Shown here: positions 9,050 through 19,563 of the stretch, piece by piece | Position numbering within the stretch: the stretch's first letter is position 1 | Layout of the letters: every line of letters starts with the position of its first letter | DNA from: Nitrospirota bacterium | Lineage (GTDB): Bacteria; Nitrospirota; UBA9217 | Length of the DNA stretch: 64,000 nucleotides | Reading direction: 5' to 3' | Assembly (NCBI GenBank): GCA_963818475.1 | Contig: CAWFSF010000005.1 | Location: 224,001 to 288,000 of the forward strand | The notes under the pieces: generated by a model | Databases searched by the model: none | What the model was told of the DNA's origin: nothing | What the model saw: the letters and a program-made list of their open reading frames with translations, nothing else | Translations under genes and position numbers: made by a program

Positions 9050-11725
9050 ATGAAACTGAGCATTGCCAAGAAACTGGTCCTTGTTTTTGCTCTGGGGCTG
9101 CTCTGCCTTGCCGGCATCGGATACCGCCTGTACCGCAACAATCACACCACGTCCGCAAAGCCCCTCCCCGCCGCGATCGATCAGGCGCTTCCGAAGTCGC
9201 TGGCCGGCCTGCGCGCTATCCTCAAGGACCTTGAGACAGCGGAACTGGGCTATGCCCTTTCGGGGGAAGAACAGTATAAAACAGCCATCCGCACTGCCGC
9301 AGTTGACGTGCACCGGCTCATGGGCGACATGAAGTCTCTGTCCGATGCCGCGCCGGCGCGGCATCAGAACATCATGCAGATCGATCCCCTGATTACCCAG
9401 CGGATCCTGTTCTCGGAACAGGTGGTCGAGGCCAGGGACAGGCAAGGGCGAAAAAAGGCCTACGCACAGATACAGACAGGCTTAGGCAGGGAGATCGCCG
9501 CACAGATCGAGACCGGCCTGGCCGGCCTGGAGCAGGACAAGGCGCCCCCGCCTCCGGATCCGAATGCTGCGCAGGAACGGATCGGGTACTCCAGTTCGCT
9601 TCTGGTCGCAGCGGCCTACGGCATCGTGATCGTCATGGTCATCGTTGCGATCGTGCTCATCGGCAGGGCCATGCCGCGACGCGAGACCAGGACCTTCAGG
9701 AGCCTGCAGGAGCAGCTCACTATCTATAGCGACGGTTTGAAGGACCATGCCTCGATCATGCTCGATCCTGACGGCAGGATCACGGACTGGAACTCCGCTG
9801 CGCAGCGCTTGACCGGGTTCGGGCCCACAGACGTCGATGGCAGACATCTGGCGGCATTGTTCCCCGATGAAGATGTGCGGCTCGGCAAGCCCGATGGCTG
9901 CCTGAAGACCGCCCAGGCCGAGGGCCGGTGCGAGATCGCCGGCGCCTGCCTCCGCAAGGACGGCCCAACCTTCCCGGCGCGCTGGACCGTCTCTGCGATC
10001 AAGGATGAAGAAGACGGGCTCGAAGGATTCTCTGTGCTGGCCCGCGACGTGACCGAACTGAAGCGCGCCGAGGAACTGCTCGCGAAGCTCTCCCTTTCCG
10101 TGGAGCAGGCCGCCGACCTCGTGGTGATCACCAACCGGGAAGGCAAGGTCGAATTTGCAAACAAAGCGGTCGAGGAGGTCACCGGATATACCCGCGACGA
10201 ATTCCTTGCCGGCGGTATGGACCTGCTCCAGGCCGAGAAAAGTGACCGTCGCGATTACGCGGCGATGTGGGAGACTCTGCTCGCCGGTCAGCCGATCCAG
10301 GCGGAAGTGATATATACCCGCAAGAACGGCGAGTTCATCTACCTCGACGAGATCGCGACCCCGATCAAGGACAGCGAGGGTTCCGTGACCCACGTGGTCT
10401 TTACCGGCAGGGACCTGACGCCGGTCAAGCTCATGCGGGACAAGGTCGATTTCCTCTCTTCCTACGACGCGCTGACAGGCCTGCCGAACCGCAACCACTT
10501 CGACAGCCGCCTGACCCGCGATATCGCCCGGGAAGGGGCGGCCGCCATGGCGGTCCTGGCCATCGACATCGACCGGTTCAAGTACCTTAACGAGATCTAC
10601 GGCCTCGAAGCGGGCAACAAGGTCCTGCAGCAGGTGGCGGAAAGCCTGTCCGTTTCGGTCAGCAAGGGGGACATGGTCTGCCGCCTCGGCAGCGACGAGT
10701 TCGGCATGATGCTCCATGATATCGGCCGCCCTGCCGACGTGCTGCTCTTCGTCAAAATGATCATGAAGAACGTGCCGCAGATCATCATGTCGGGCGGCGA
10801 AGAGATCGCGGTCACCCTCGCCATCGGCATCGCCATGTTTCCCGCCGACGGGCAGGACGCCCGCACGCTCATGAAGAATGCGGACACTGCCCTGTCCAAG
10901 GCAAAGGACCTGGGCAGGAACCATTACCAGTTTTACACGGCGGACATGAACCTCGGCGTTTCGGAGCTGGTGTTCATGGAGCGCCGCCTCTCCGAAGCCC
11001 TCAGGAACCGCGAGTACGTCCTCACCTTCCAACCCTACTACCATCTTGCGACGCGGAAAGTCGCCGGCGCCGAGGCATTGCTCAAGTGGAACAATAACGA
11101 GTTCGGCATGGTCTCGCCCGCTAAGTTCATCCCCATGCTCGAAGAGACCGGCATGATCATCGATGTCGGCACCTGGGCGCTCAAGACCGCCTGCCAGCAG
11201 ATCAAGCACTGGAATGGCAACAACGGCCCCCGCGTCCCGATCGCGGTGAATCTCTCTCCCTCGCAGTTCCTGCATGAATACCTGGTCGAGACCGTGGAAA
11301 GCTCCATCCGGGAAGCAGGCATCGACCCGCGCCACCTCACGCTCGAGGTCACCGAAAGCACCTTCATGAAGAACCAGGAGTATGCCATCAGCATCCTCCG
11401 CCGCCTCAAGGAGCTGGGCGTATCGATCTCGATCGACGACTTCGGCACCGGATATTCTTCGCTCAGCTACCTCAAGAAGTTCCCCGTGGACTACGTCAAG
11501 ATCGACCAGTCCTTTATCAAGGACGTGGCCCTGGATCCCGACGCCACCTCGCTGGTCTCCGCCATCATTCAGATGACGCACAGCCTGAACCTGAAAACCA
11601 TCGCAGAAGGCATTGAGACCGAGGAGCAGTGGAAACTGCTGCGGCTGCTGAAGTGCGACATGGCGCAGGGTTTCTACTTCAGCAAGGCAGTTTCGCCGCA
11701 GGAGCTTGAGCAGTTACTGGGGTAG
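9050..11725 (+). CDS. Membrane diguanylate cyclase/phosphodiesterase (CHASE3-PAS-PAS-GGDEF-EAL)
   Basis: Two TM segments; ETAELGY CHASE3-like; two PAS; DALTGLPNR, RLGSDEF; EAL, DDFGTGYSSLSYL. Confidence 0.93.
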   Translation: MKLSIAKKLVLVFALGLLCLAGIGYRLYRNNHTTSAKPLPAAIDQALPKSLAGLRAILKDLETAELGYALSGEEQYKTAIRTAAVDVHRLMGDMKSLSDAAPARHQNIMQIDPLITQRILFSEQVVEARDRQGRKKAYAQIQTGLGREIAAQIETGLAGLEQDKAPPPPDPNAAQERIGYSSSLLVAAAYGIVIVMVIVAIVLIGRAMPRRETRTFRSLQEQLTIYSDGLKDHASIMLDPDGRITDWNSAAQRLTGFGPTDVDGRHLAALFPDEDVRLGKPDGCLKTAQAEGRCEIAGACLRKDGPTFPARWTVSAIKDEEDGLEGFSVLARDVTELKRAEELLAKLSLSVEQAADLVVITNREGKVEFANKAVEEVTGYTRDEFLAGGMDLLQAEKSDRRDYAAMWETLLAGQPIQAEVIYTRKNGEFIYLDEIATPIKDSEGSVTHVVFTGRDLTPVKLMRDKVDFLSSYDALTGLPNRNHFDSRLTRDIAREGAAAMAVLAIDIDRFKYLNEIYGLEAGNKVLQQVAESLSVSVSKGDMVCRLGSDEFGMMLHDIGRPADVLLFVKMIMKNVPQIIMSGGEEIAVTLAIGIAMFPADGQDARTLMKNADTALSKAKDLGRNHYQFYTADMNLGVSELVFMERRLSEALRNREYVLTFQPYYHLATRKVAGAEALLKWNNNEFGMVSPAKFIPMLEETGMIIDVGTWALKTACQQIKHWNGNNGPRVPIAVNLSPSQFLHEYLVETVESSIREAGIDPRHLTLEVTESTFMKNQEYAISILRRLKELGVSISIDDFGTGYSSLSYLKKFPVDYVKIDQSFIKDVALDPDATSLVSAIIQMTHSLNLKTIAEGIETEEQWKLLRLLKCDMAQGFYFSKAVSPQELEQLLG

Positions 11726-12036
11726 GCCGGGCAACGTGGTGCGTTTCGTTTCACCAGAAGAAGTGCGAAGATGCAGGATTGGCCTGTTCAGTTACCTCGA
11801 ACGTGTTCTTTTGAGGAAGTTCCACCATCGGGCAGTCACGATAGATGGTGATGGTTTTGAGCACCTTCATTTTTTAGCACCTGATGCTTCATTTCCCTGA
11901 GAGGTTTGGCAGCAACAGGCTCGAATCTGCTCCACACATCCAACCACTCTTCCTTCAGTCGCAAGGCTTTTCCTATCGTAGGAGAACTTCATTCAGGCAA
12001 GCTCCGCCAGAGAATAACGATACCCGGCGGAGGCTG

Positions 12037-13944
12037 TCAGTTCGTCCGGTTCAATCCGTGTTTATAGAGGTAGCTCTCCCCCTGGTAGTAGCTCACCATG
12101 TCCGTGACGTCGGCATCTCGCGGTGCTGTCGCGATCACGTTTCCGCTGTTCCGATCGAAGGCATAACCGGCAAGGTATTTTTGCGGACCCATGATGTACA
12201 GCCTGTCGCCCTTGATGAAGCCGAGCTTCTGATAGGTGGAGATGAAGGCGCGCGCCTGGGAAGGGTCCATCTTCAGGATGTCCTTGCCGAAGAACTTCGT
12301 CCGGTAGCTGAAGTTCAGCAGGCCCAGGACGGTGGGGGCGATGTCGATCTGGCTGGCAAGGGTGTCGATCCTTCCGGGTTTCACCTGCGACGGCGCGTAA
12401 ATGAGAAGTGGTATCTCGTACCGTTTCACCGGCAGTTCCGTTTTCCCTGCGCTTCCCGCGCAGTGGTCGGCGACGATGACGATGATGGTGTCCCGGAACC
12501 AGAGCCTGTCCTTTGCCTCTTTGATGAATCTTCCGATGGCGTAGTCAGCGTACTTCACCCCGCCGTCGCGCCCTGCCGCTGAGGGGATATCGATCTTTCC
12601 GGCGGGATAGGTGAAGGGACGGTGGTTCGAGGTGGTCATGACCAGGTTGAAGAAGGGCTTTCCGGCGGCATGGGACCGGTCCGCTTCCGTGATGACCTTT
12701 CTGAACAGATCTTCGTCGCAGACGCCCCAGGCGTTGTCGAACGTCACTTCTTTTCCGGAAAAATCACCCCGGTCCACGATGTCGAAACCATTGTGGCTGA
12801 AAAAGTAATTCATATTGTCGAAGTACCCGTGGCCCGCGTAGATGAACTTCGTGTCGTAGCCCCTGCCACGCATGAGCGATCCCCAGGAGAAGAAACCTTC
12901 ATTCTTCGTGCGCTTAATCATGGAACTACCGGGGAGCGGCGGCAGGGAAAGGGTGATCGCTTCGAGTCCGCGCACGGTCCTCGTGCCCGTGGCGTAGAGG
13001 TGCGTGAAGAGTAGCGACTGTTTCGCGAGCCGATCGAGGTTCGGCGTCAGGCCGCCGGCGTTGCCGAACACGCCCAGGTACTCGGCGCTCAGGCTCTCTT
13101 CAACGATGACGATGACGTTGAGCTTCTGCTCCCTGCCGGAGTTCGTTATCTCCCGTGTAATATCGCGGACATCGCCGCTCACGAGGTGATTGTTCTTCTC
13201 TTTCACCAGGTCTCTGAGCCGCGCGAGCACCATGTCCTCGTCTTTCGTAGGATAGAATTTTTCAAAATCGATCTCGTTGTTCCGGAACGCAGCAAAGAGG
13301 TCGTAGATCCCGTTGCCGGCCACTTCGTTGGCGTAACTGTTGTTCGAGACGGATGTCCAGGACTGGTCCACCAGGACAAAGGCCAGCACCGGCAGAAGAA
13401 ACAGGACAGCGCCATACTTGATCCTTCGTGCGAAGCTGTCCGTAGCGAAGAAGGAACGATCGATGTACTTTCTGACGAGCAGGAACACCGCGGCAGCCGC
13501 CAGAAAGACGCCGGCCAGCAGCCAATTCAGATGATAGGATTCCCTGATATTGCCGATCACTTCACGGGTATAGACAAGGTAATCGATGGCGATAAAGTTG
13601 AACCGTGTCCCGAATTCGTCAAAAAACAGGTACTCTGCGACGGCATCAAAGAGAAGCGCCGCGAGGACGACAAAGAAGGCCAGCCGGACGAACGAACGAT
13701 GACCGGCGGTCCTGAATATCCTGTCGGGCACGGCAAGAAGGTAGAGCGCTGCAAGGGCGGCGAAGTATGAAAAGGCTGTGCTATCATAGAACAGACCCGC
13801 GGCGTACACCTTCATAATGAGCAACGGGGTCACCTCAACGTACGGAAGCGACTTGAGGAACAATACCATCCGGATAAGAAAGGAAAGGACCAGAAAGATA
13901 AAAAAGAGAAGGGAGAGAATCCCGAATCGGCTTTTTGAGAACAT
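12037..13944 (-). CDS. LTA synthase/sulfatase family phosphoglycerol transferase-like membrane protein
   Basis: N-terminal TM helices; IVEESLS, TGTRTVRG (catalytic Thr), TTSNHRP, VADH, SQIDIAPT. Confidence 0.9.
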   Translation of the reverse strand: MFSKSRFGILSLLFFIFLVLSFLIRMVLFLKSLPYVEVTPLLIMKVYAAGLFYDSTAFSYFAALAALYLLAVPDRIFRTAGHRSFVRLAFFVVLAALLFDAVAEYLFFDEFGTRFNFIAIDYLVYTREVIGNIRESYHLNWLLAGVFLAAAAVFLLVRKYIDRSFFATDSFARRIKYGAVLFLLPVLAFVLVDQSWTSVSNNSYANEVAGNGIYDLFAAFRNNEIDFEKFYPTKDEDMVLARLRDLVKEKNNHLVSGDVRDITREITNSGREQKLNVIVIVEESLSAEYLGVFGNAGGLTPNLDRLAKQSLLFTHLYATGTRTVRGLEAITLSLPPLPGSSMIKRTKNEGFFSWGSLMRGRGYDTKFIYAGHGYFDNMNYFFSHNGFDIVDRGDFSGKEVTFDNAWGVCDEDLFRKVITEADRSHAAGKPFFNLVMTTSNHRPFTYPAGKIDIPSAAGRDGGVKYADYAIGRFIKEAKDRLWFRDTIIVIVADHCAGSAGKTELPVKRYEIPLLIYAPSQVKPGRIDTLASQIDIAPTVLGLLNFSYRTKFFGKDILKMDPSQARAFISTYQKLGFIKGDRLYIMGPQKYLAGYAFDRNSGNVIATAPRDADVTDMVSYYQGESYLYKHGLNRTN

Positions 13945-14016
13945 GGGGGCTCCTGCCGGAGGTCGGCGGACGCGGCGAGCGCCTTTTACGCCAGGGGTAG
14001 AAATCCGAGCAGGTAG

Positions 14017-14070
14017 ATAATACCGGGATATGATGACGGGAAGATTGCCGGAAGATTACCGTTTGGCAAT
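14017..14070 (-). promoter_or_regulatory. OmpR/PhoB-type operator array plus -10 box upstream of the LTA synthase-like gene
   Basis: GTAAT-N6-GCAAT-N6-GTCAT (11-bp period), then 10 nt, then TATTAT. Confidence 0.55.
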
Positions 14071-15507
14071 GTTTAGGGAAGTCTGAGTCGGGTCAGCGGA
14101 GGCGGACCGCCGGGGAAGAGACACGGTGAAGGTGCTGCCTTTGCCTGGCGAACTCGCAACCACCAGGGAGCCGCCGTGCCGCACGGCCACTGCCTGGGCC
14201 AGGCTGAGCCCCAGCCCGGTGCCGGCCTGGGACCTGCTGCTGTCACCGCGGTAGAACCGTGTGAAGATATGGGGCAGGTCCTTCCCGGGGATACCGATGC
14301 CAGTGTCGCTCACTGAGATCGTCACCAGTTCGCCGCGGTCGCGCACGGAAACCGTCACCTGTCCGTGGGACGGCGTGTACTTCAGCGCGTTGTCGATGAG
14401 GTTGGCCACCATCCTCTGGAGACGCTGGAGATTTCCGCGGACAACAGAACGCTCTGCCGCGTCCGTCACGAGCGCGATGGACTTATCCTCTGCCAGGGGC
14501 AGGAAGAGCTCGCAGGCGTCCCTCGCCAGTGCGGCGATATCGACGTCCTCCATCGTGAGCGGGCTTGCGCCTGCCTCGGTCTCGGTGATATCGAGCATGG
14601 TATTGATCATCTCCAGGAGGCGGTCGCACTCCTCGATGGTGGTTGCCGCCAACGCCTCGCGCTCGCCCGCTTCTCCGCCTGTTGTCAGGGCCATTTCGGC
14701 AATGCCCCGCATCCTGGCAATGGGACTGCGGAGATCATGGGCAATATTGTCCGTCATCTCCCGCATTCCCGTGATCAGGGCGTGGATGCGGTCAAGCATG
14801 ATGTTGAACGCCGTTGCCAGCCTGTCTATTTCTTCGCTCCGGGCCTTCACGGAAACGCGCAATTCCAACGCCCCCCCTGCTATCTTCGTCGCCGTCCGGG
14901 TGACTTCCTCCAGGCCCTGGAGTGCGCGCCTGGCCATGAACCATCCGATCAACACAGCGGTGCCCATGAGGGCAGCCAGGGTGATCCCGAATATCTGCTT
15001 GAGCATCTCCATGAACGCTTCATCGTCATCCAGGGACTCGCCTACCTGCATGATCGCACCCGGGCCGATGCTCCCGTACACCACCCGGACGCCGTGGTGT
15101 TGTCCCGGGATCGTGAGCGTCGTAAAAACCCGCCCGCTGCCCCCGGCTATCCTCCTCAATGCCGTCGCGTCGACGGGCAGGCTCTTCCACGGCGACAGGT
15201 TCGAAGAGGCGAGCTCCTTCCCGTCCGGTGTCACCACGCGGAAGAACACGTCCTTCACGCCCTGCGACTCGGCCTCCAGTGCAATATTCGCCTTGACCGC
15301 CCCCATGCCCTGAGCGGTGAAGAGAAAAGAGAACTCGGTTATTTCATTCGACAGCTCCTGGTCGGTCCGCCGCTGCGTGATGGAAGAGACGGAAACATAG
15401 AACAGGAGAAAGGCCGTCAGCGAGGATAGGACAAATATGCCCGCGTACCAGAGGGTCAGGCGGAAAGCCAGTGTGCGCCACAGTTTCCTAAATTTTTCGA
15501 AGAACAT
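14056..15507 (-). CDS. Sensor histidine kinase, CusS-like (HAMP-HisKA-HATPase)
   Basis: RLTLWY, NIAHDLRSP, NLIDNALKY, DTGIGI, GTGLGL. Confidence 0.92.
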   Translation of the reverse strand: MFFEKFRKLWRTLAFRLTLWYAGIFVLSSLTAFLLFYVSVSSITQRRTDQELSNEITEFSFLFTAQGMGAVKANIALEAESQGVKDVFFRVVTPDGKELASSNLSPWKSLPVDATALRRIAGGSGRVFTTLTIPGQHHGVRVVYGSIGPGAIMQVGESLDDDEAFMEMLKQIFGITLAALMGTAVLIGWFMARRALQGLEEVTRTATKIAGGALELRVSVKARSEEIDRLATAFNIMLDRIHALITGMREMTDNIAHDLRSPIARMRGIAEMALTTGGEAGEREALAATTIEECDRLLEMINTMLDITETEAGASPLTMEDVDIAALARDACELFLPLAEDKSIALVTDAAERSVVRGNLQRLQRMVANLIDNALKYTPSHGQVTVSVRDRGELVTISVSDTGIGIPGKDLPHIFTRFYRGDSSRSQAGTGLGLSLAQAVAVRHGGSLVVASSPGKGSTFTVSLPRRSASADPTQTSLNIAKR

Positions 15508-16162
15508 ATCCGGCCCCTCGGATGGTATGAATCAGCTTGATCTCAAAATCCTTGTCAATCTTCTCCCGCAGCCGGCATATCCGGGCTTCCACGATGTTCG
15601 TCTGAGGATCGAAGTTGTATTCCCAGACATGCTCCATGATCATGGTCTTGGAGACCACCTTGCCGGCGTTCCGCATCAGATACTCGAGAAGAGCGAATTC
15701 GCGCGGTTGCAGGTCGATGGTGCTGCCTTCCCGCGTTACTTCGCGCGTGAGCAGTTTCAGGGAAAGGCCTTCGTATTGGAGTGCGACGGGTTCGGGGGTC
15801 CCGCTCGCCCTTCTGATGAGCGCCTGCAGGCGCGCCAGAAGCTCGGAGAAGGAAAAGGGCTTGGTCAGGTAGTCGTCGCTTCCGGTCTGGAGCCCTCTGA
15901 TGCGGTCGTCGATGGAGCGCTTGGCGCTCAGGATAATGACGGGGAGGTTTCGCTTCTGTCGCCGGAGTTCCTCGATCACGGAGAGGCCGTCCCGCCCGGG
16001 CAGCATGATGTCGATGATGGCGGCGTCGAAGGATTCCGTCAGTGCCCTGTGCAGACCGGCCTCACCGTCCGCCGCATGCTCTGCAGTATAACCCGCCTCT
16101 TTCAGTCCCTTGAGTACAAAGGAGGCGATTTTCCGGTCATCTTCGATCAGCAATATCAACAT
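15488..16162 (-). CDS. OmpR-family response regulator, CusR-like
   Basis: LIEDD, DIMLP, KPFSF, winged helix ending IHTIRGAGY. Confidence 0.93.
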   Translation of the reverse strand: MLILLIEDDRKIASFVLKGLKEAGYTAEHAADGEAGLHRALTESFDAAIIDIMLPGRDGLSVIEELRRQKRNLPVIILSAKRSIDDRIRGLQTGSDDYLTKPFSFSELLARLQALIRRASGTPEPVALQYEGLSLKLLTREVTREGSTIDLQPREFALLEYLMRNAGKVVSKTMIMEHVWEYNFDPQTNIVEARICRLREKIDKDFEIKLIHTIRGAGYVLRKI

Positions 16163-16403
16163 ATTTTTTACTATGCATTTCTCCGCGTCTCAGCGCCTCT
16201 GCCGCTTATCTCTTTTTACGAATGGATCGATGTTATCGCACGAGCAAATAATACAGCACATAAAACCACGAGAAGAGCCCGTGTACGATAGCCCAGAGAA
16301 CCGACTTGTTAAGGCTCCAGGAGATCGTTATTGCCAGCGCTGATCCGAAGCTGATGCCTGACGACACGACAGTATTTCTATTCATCATTTTCTCCTATTC
16401 CCG

Positions 16404-18395
16404 TCACAGCGCTTCCGCCTTTGCCGTACTATGTACGGCTGAAATATGCGCCTTCGCAAGCTCTTCTTCAGAGATGGTAAACTTCTGCCCCGTCATCGCC
16501 TCCACCGCACTGACCAATGAAAGAGCGTCCATGCCGTGCTCCTTCAAGAGATACTGTTTGCTCGCCCCATGGCTGAAGGTATCTTTGAGCCCGATGCGCA
16601 CGAGCTTCTTTGCCAAGCCGGCCTCCGCCATTTGCTCGGCAATGATCGTGCCCAAGCCGCCGATGATGGTGTGGTTCTCCATAGTGACCACGCCGAACCG
16701 CGATCCGGCGATGGCATCAAGAACGGTCCTGTCGTTGAACGGCTTTAACGTGGAGATATGCATGTGCTGGATTGACAGCCCGCGTTTCTGAAGCACCTGT
16801 ATGGCACGCATCGCCTCCTCGGTCATAATGCCGCTGGTCAGGATCGTCAGGTCGCTGCCTTGGGACAGCACCCGGGCTGTGCCGAGCTGCATGGGCTCGG
16901 AACGGTCAAAGAGACGCGGCATTTCTCCCCGCAGCATCCTGACATAAACCGGGCCGTCGATCTTCTCGATGACCTCCAAAATGGTCTCCACCTCGGTCGC
17001 GTCCCCGCACTCCAGCACGGTCATGTTCGGAAGGGAGCGCATGATCGCGATGTCTTCGATGGCCTGATGGGTCGCACCGCCCGGCGTGGTGATGCCCGGA
17101 AGAAAACCGATCATCCTGACCGGCAGGTTGGGATAGGCCACGGACATGGCGATCTGATCGTAGGCGCGGCGGTAGATGAAGACCGCAAAGGTATGCACAA
17201 AGGGGATGAAGCCTTCCCGCGCAAGACCGCCGGCAAAGCTCAGCATGTTCTGTTCGGCGATGCCCATGGACAGGAAGCGGTCGGGATAGGTGTCCCGGAA
17301 CAGATCTATCTCTGTGGAGCTCGTGAGGTCGGCCGAGAGCACCAGCACCTTCGGCTTGTCCGCCGCCCATCGGACAAGGTTCTTCGCATGCACGCGGGTC
17401 ACGATCTCGGGGCCGGCTTGGGGTGCCTTTGCATCAGGCTTCACGGCCTGCGGAGAGGGTGCCTTTTCTCCGGACAGTTCCTCATAGGCCGAGATGTAGC
17501 GTTTTTTTTCCTCTTCGCTCGTGAACCGGACATAATGCATCTTCGGCACCCGGGACTTCAACACCTCAAGCCCCCGCGCCGCATCAGTGTCGCACAGCAC
17601 GACTACGGGCCGTCCGTCCGGCGTCAGCTCGCCGACCTCTGCCAGGCGCTTGATGTCATGGCCGTTCACGCGGAACACGCGGGCGCCGAACGCCTCGAGC
17701 CGTTTGTCCAGCGGTTCGATGTCCATGACATTGCACATCTTGCCGTCGCACTGGAACCCGTTCACGTCGACATAGATGATCACGTTGTCGAGCATGTGAT
17801 GGGACATGGCCTGAAGCGCTTCCCAGGTCTGGCCGATCTGGAACTCGCCGTCGGACATGAATAGGACGACCCTGCCCTTTTCCCCGTTTCGTTTGCGCGC
17901 CAGGGCCGTGCCTGCCGCCTGGCTGATGCCCTGGCCGAGCGAGCCGGTCATGGACTCCATGCCCGGCGAGTGCTCGGCTCCGATCATCTCGACCGAGCTT
18001 CCGTCCTTGTTGAACTGGAGCAGGCCTTCTTCCGCCATGCGGCCCGTCTCGATCAGCGTTGCATACAGGACCAGGGCGTACTGGGCCGGGGAAAGAAAGA
18101 ACCGGTCGCGGTCCTTGCCCGGGCCGTTAAAGGATGCACCGGTAAAGTAATGCGGATTACCGGGGCCGGGCACGCCGGGGAAGGGCTTGGGCACGAGCGG
18201 CGCATCGATAGCGCCGAGGTCCATCACTTTGACGTAAAGCGTTGCAAGCATCTCCGCCGAAGAACAGGCCTGCGAGAGATACCCGCCGTTGTTCCTGATC
18301 GTGTGGTCGAGCACGCGCTTCCGGATGCCGGCTGCCACGCGCTTCACCTCGTTCTGCCACTGAGTTGAATCTTTTTTCTGGTCACTTGTCTTCAT
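16404..18395 (-). CDS. tkt: Transketolase family enzyme (split-type N and C subunits fused)
   Basis: TGSLGQG, SDGE...N TPP motif, SADL, GIAEQNM, ATHQ, ENH..IGGLG; Pro/Ala/Lys linker between halves. Confidence 0.88.
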   Translation of the reverse strand: MKTSDQKKDSTQWQNEVKRVAAGIRKRVLDHTIRNNGGYLSQACSSAEMLATLYVKVMDLGAIDAPLVPKPFPGVPGPGNPHYFTGASFNGPGKDRDRFFLSPAQYALVLYATLIETGRMAEEGLLQFNKDGSSVEMIGAEHSPGMESMTGSLGQGISQAAGTALARKRNGEKGRVVLFMSDGEFQIGQTWEALQAMSHHMLDNVIIYVDVNGFQCDGKMCNVMDIEPLDKRLEAFGARVFRVNGHDIKRLAEVGELTPDGRPVVVLCDTDAARGLEVLKSRVPKMHYVRFTSEEEKKRYISAYEELSGEKAPSPQAVKPDAKAPQAGPEIVTRVHAKNLVRWAADKPKVLVLSADLTSSTEIDLFRDTYPDRFLSMGIAEQNMLSFAGGLAREGFIPFVHTFAVFIYRRAYDQIAMSVAYPNLPVRMIGFLPGITTPGGATHQAIEDIAIMRSLPNMTVLECGDATEVETILEVIEKIDGPVYVRMLRGEMPRLFDRSEPMQLGTARVLSQGSDLTILTSGIMTEEAMRAIQVLQKRGLSIQHMHISTLKPFNDRTVLDAIAGSRFGVVTMENHTIIGGLGTIIAEQMAEAGLAKKLVRIGLKDTFSHGASKQYLLKEHGMDALSLVSAVEAMTGQKFTISEEELAKAHISAVHSTAKAEAL

Positions 18396-18435
18396 AGCTT
18401 CTATACATGCTCCTACAGGACCAAAATAAAAACCG

Positions 18436-18549
18436 TCTCACGCGGAGACGCGGAGTACGCGGAGAAAAGCGGTATCGTTTGTTATTCTAAACCCTTACTC
18501 TTGGTACATTGTCTTTGCTATTCTCCGCGATCTCCGTGCCTCCGCGAGA
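18436..18549. repeat. REPIN/MITE-like inverted repeat, family B (half copy at about 16179-16204)
   Basis: tctcacgcggagacgcggagtacgcggagaa ... ttctccgcgatctccgtgcctccgcgaga. Confidence 0.75.
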
Positions 18550-18653
18550 AAATTCTTTCCGGTTCAAAAGCTCGCTCTTCGGGTGTTGATTATTGCGCAT
18601 GCCTGAATGTTAGTCAAGGCGAAATTTTTCGAAACCGCGCGCCACCATTTATA

Positions 18654-18682
18654 TTGACCGGCATGGCTGGATTTGTTATATT
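18654..18682 (+). promoter_or_regulatory. Sigma70-like promoter for yaeQ
   Basis: TTGACC-N17-TATATT with TG extension. Confidence 0.5.
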
Positions 18683-18801
18683 TGGCGCACTTTTTATGAA
18701 TTCGGACTAAATACGCTCGGAGTACATACTCAAGCTTTTTTTGGGAAACGATGCTGCCCTGCATTCCAGGATCAACGCCTGGTGAAAGCAAAGACGGTTC
18801 T

Positions 18802-19344
18802 ATGGCACTGAAAGCAACTGTTTATAAAGCCGAACTGCAGGTCTCCGACATGGGCCGCAGCTACTACCAGGACCACTCGCTCACCATCGCCCGCCAGCCA
18901 TCGGAAACCGACGAGCGGATGATGATGCGGCTGCTTGCCTTTGCCCTCCACGCCAGCGACTCGCTCGCCTTTGCCAACCGGCTGACCACCGACGACGAAC
19001 CCGACCTCTGGCAGAACGACCTGACCGGCAACATCGAGCTTTGGATCGACATCGGCCAGCCCGACGAGAAACGCATGTTCAAGGCCTGCGGCCGGGCCCG
19101 GCAGGTGTTCGTGTATACCTACAGCGGACACAGCGCCAAGGTCTGGTGGGACCAGGTCAGTCCCAAACTCGAACGGGTCAAAAACCTGACCGTGGTCAAC
19201 CTGCCTGCAGCTGCAGCCCAGGCCATGGAAAAAATGGCACAGCGCTCGATGCAGCTCCAGTTCACGATCCAGGAAGGACAGGTCTGGATGGCGGACCAGA
19301 ACACGACGGTGCACATAGAGTTGACCGTGCTGAAAAGCCCGTAA
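18802..19344 (+). CDS. yaeQ: YaeQ family protein
   Basis: MALKATVYKA, PSETDERMM.RLLAF, DEPDLW, LWIDIGQPD. Confidence 0.93.
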   Translation: MALKATVYKAELQVSDMGRSYYQDHSLTIARQPSETDERMMMRLLAFALHASDSLAFANRLTTDDEPDLWQNDLTGNIELWIDIGQPDEKRMFKACGRARQVFVYTYSGHSAKVWWDQVSPKLERVKNLTVVNLPAAAAQAMEKMAQRSMQLQFTIQEGQVWMADQNTTVHIELTVLKSP

Positions 19345-19369
19345 CAAGAGGCAAAACTGGAAAAGACGG

Positions 19370-19508
19370 TTGGCCGCAGATGAACGCAGATTTCGCAGAT
19401 AAAACGAGGCATTCATGGGGATAGAGCCAGTAACTCAGAGATGCGTTTTTAGATTTAAAAAAAGTTTTTAGTCTTATCCGCGTTTAATCAGATTTTATCT
19501 GCGTCCAA
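19370..19508. repeat. REPIN-like inverted repeat element, family A
   Basis: ttggccgcagatgaacgcagatttcgcagataa ... ttatccgcgtttaatcagattttatctgcgtccaa. Confidence 0.85.
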
Positions 19509-19563
19509 TAGAAGAGAATATTAAGAAGAGATTGTTCCGGCCTGCGCAACCACAATCAGGCTC

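Noticed and set aside
9482-11581. Long antisense ORFs (also 1698..3248, 4695..6401, 38295..39728, 40971..42956)
   Set aside because: Shadow frames opposite well-supported genes, expected from GC-rich codon bias; no recognisable motifs
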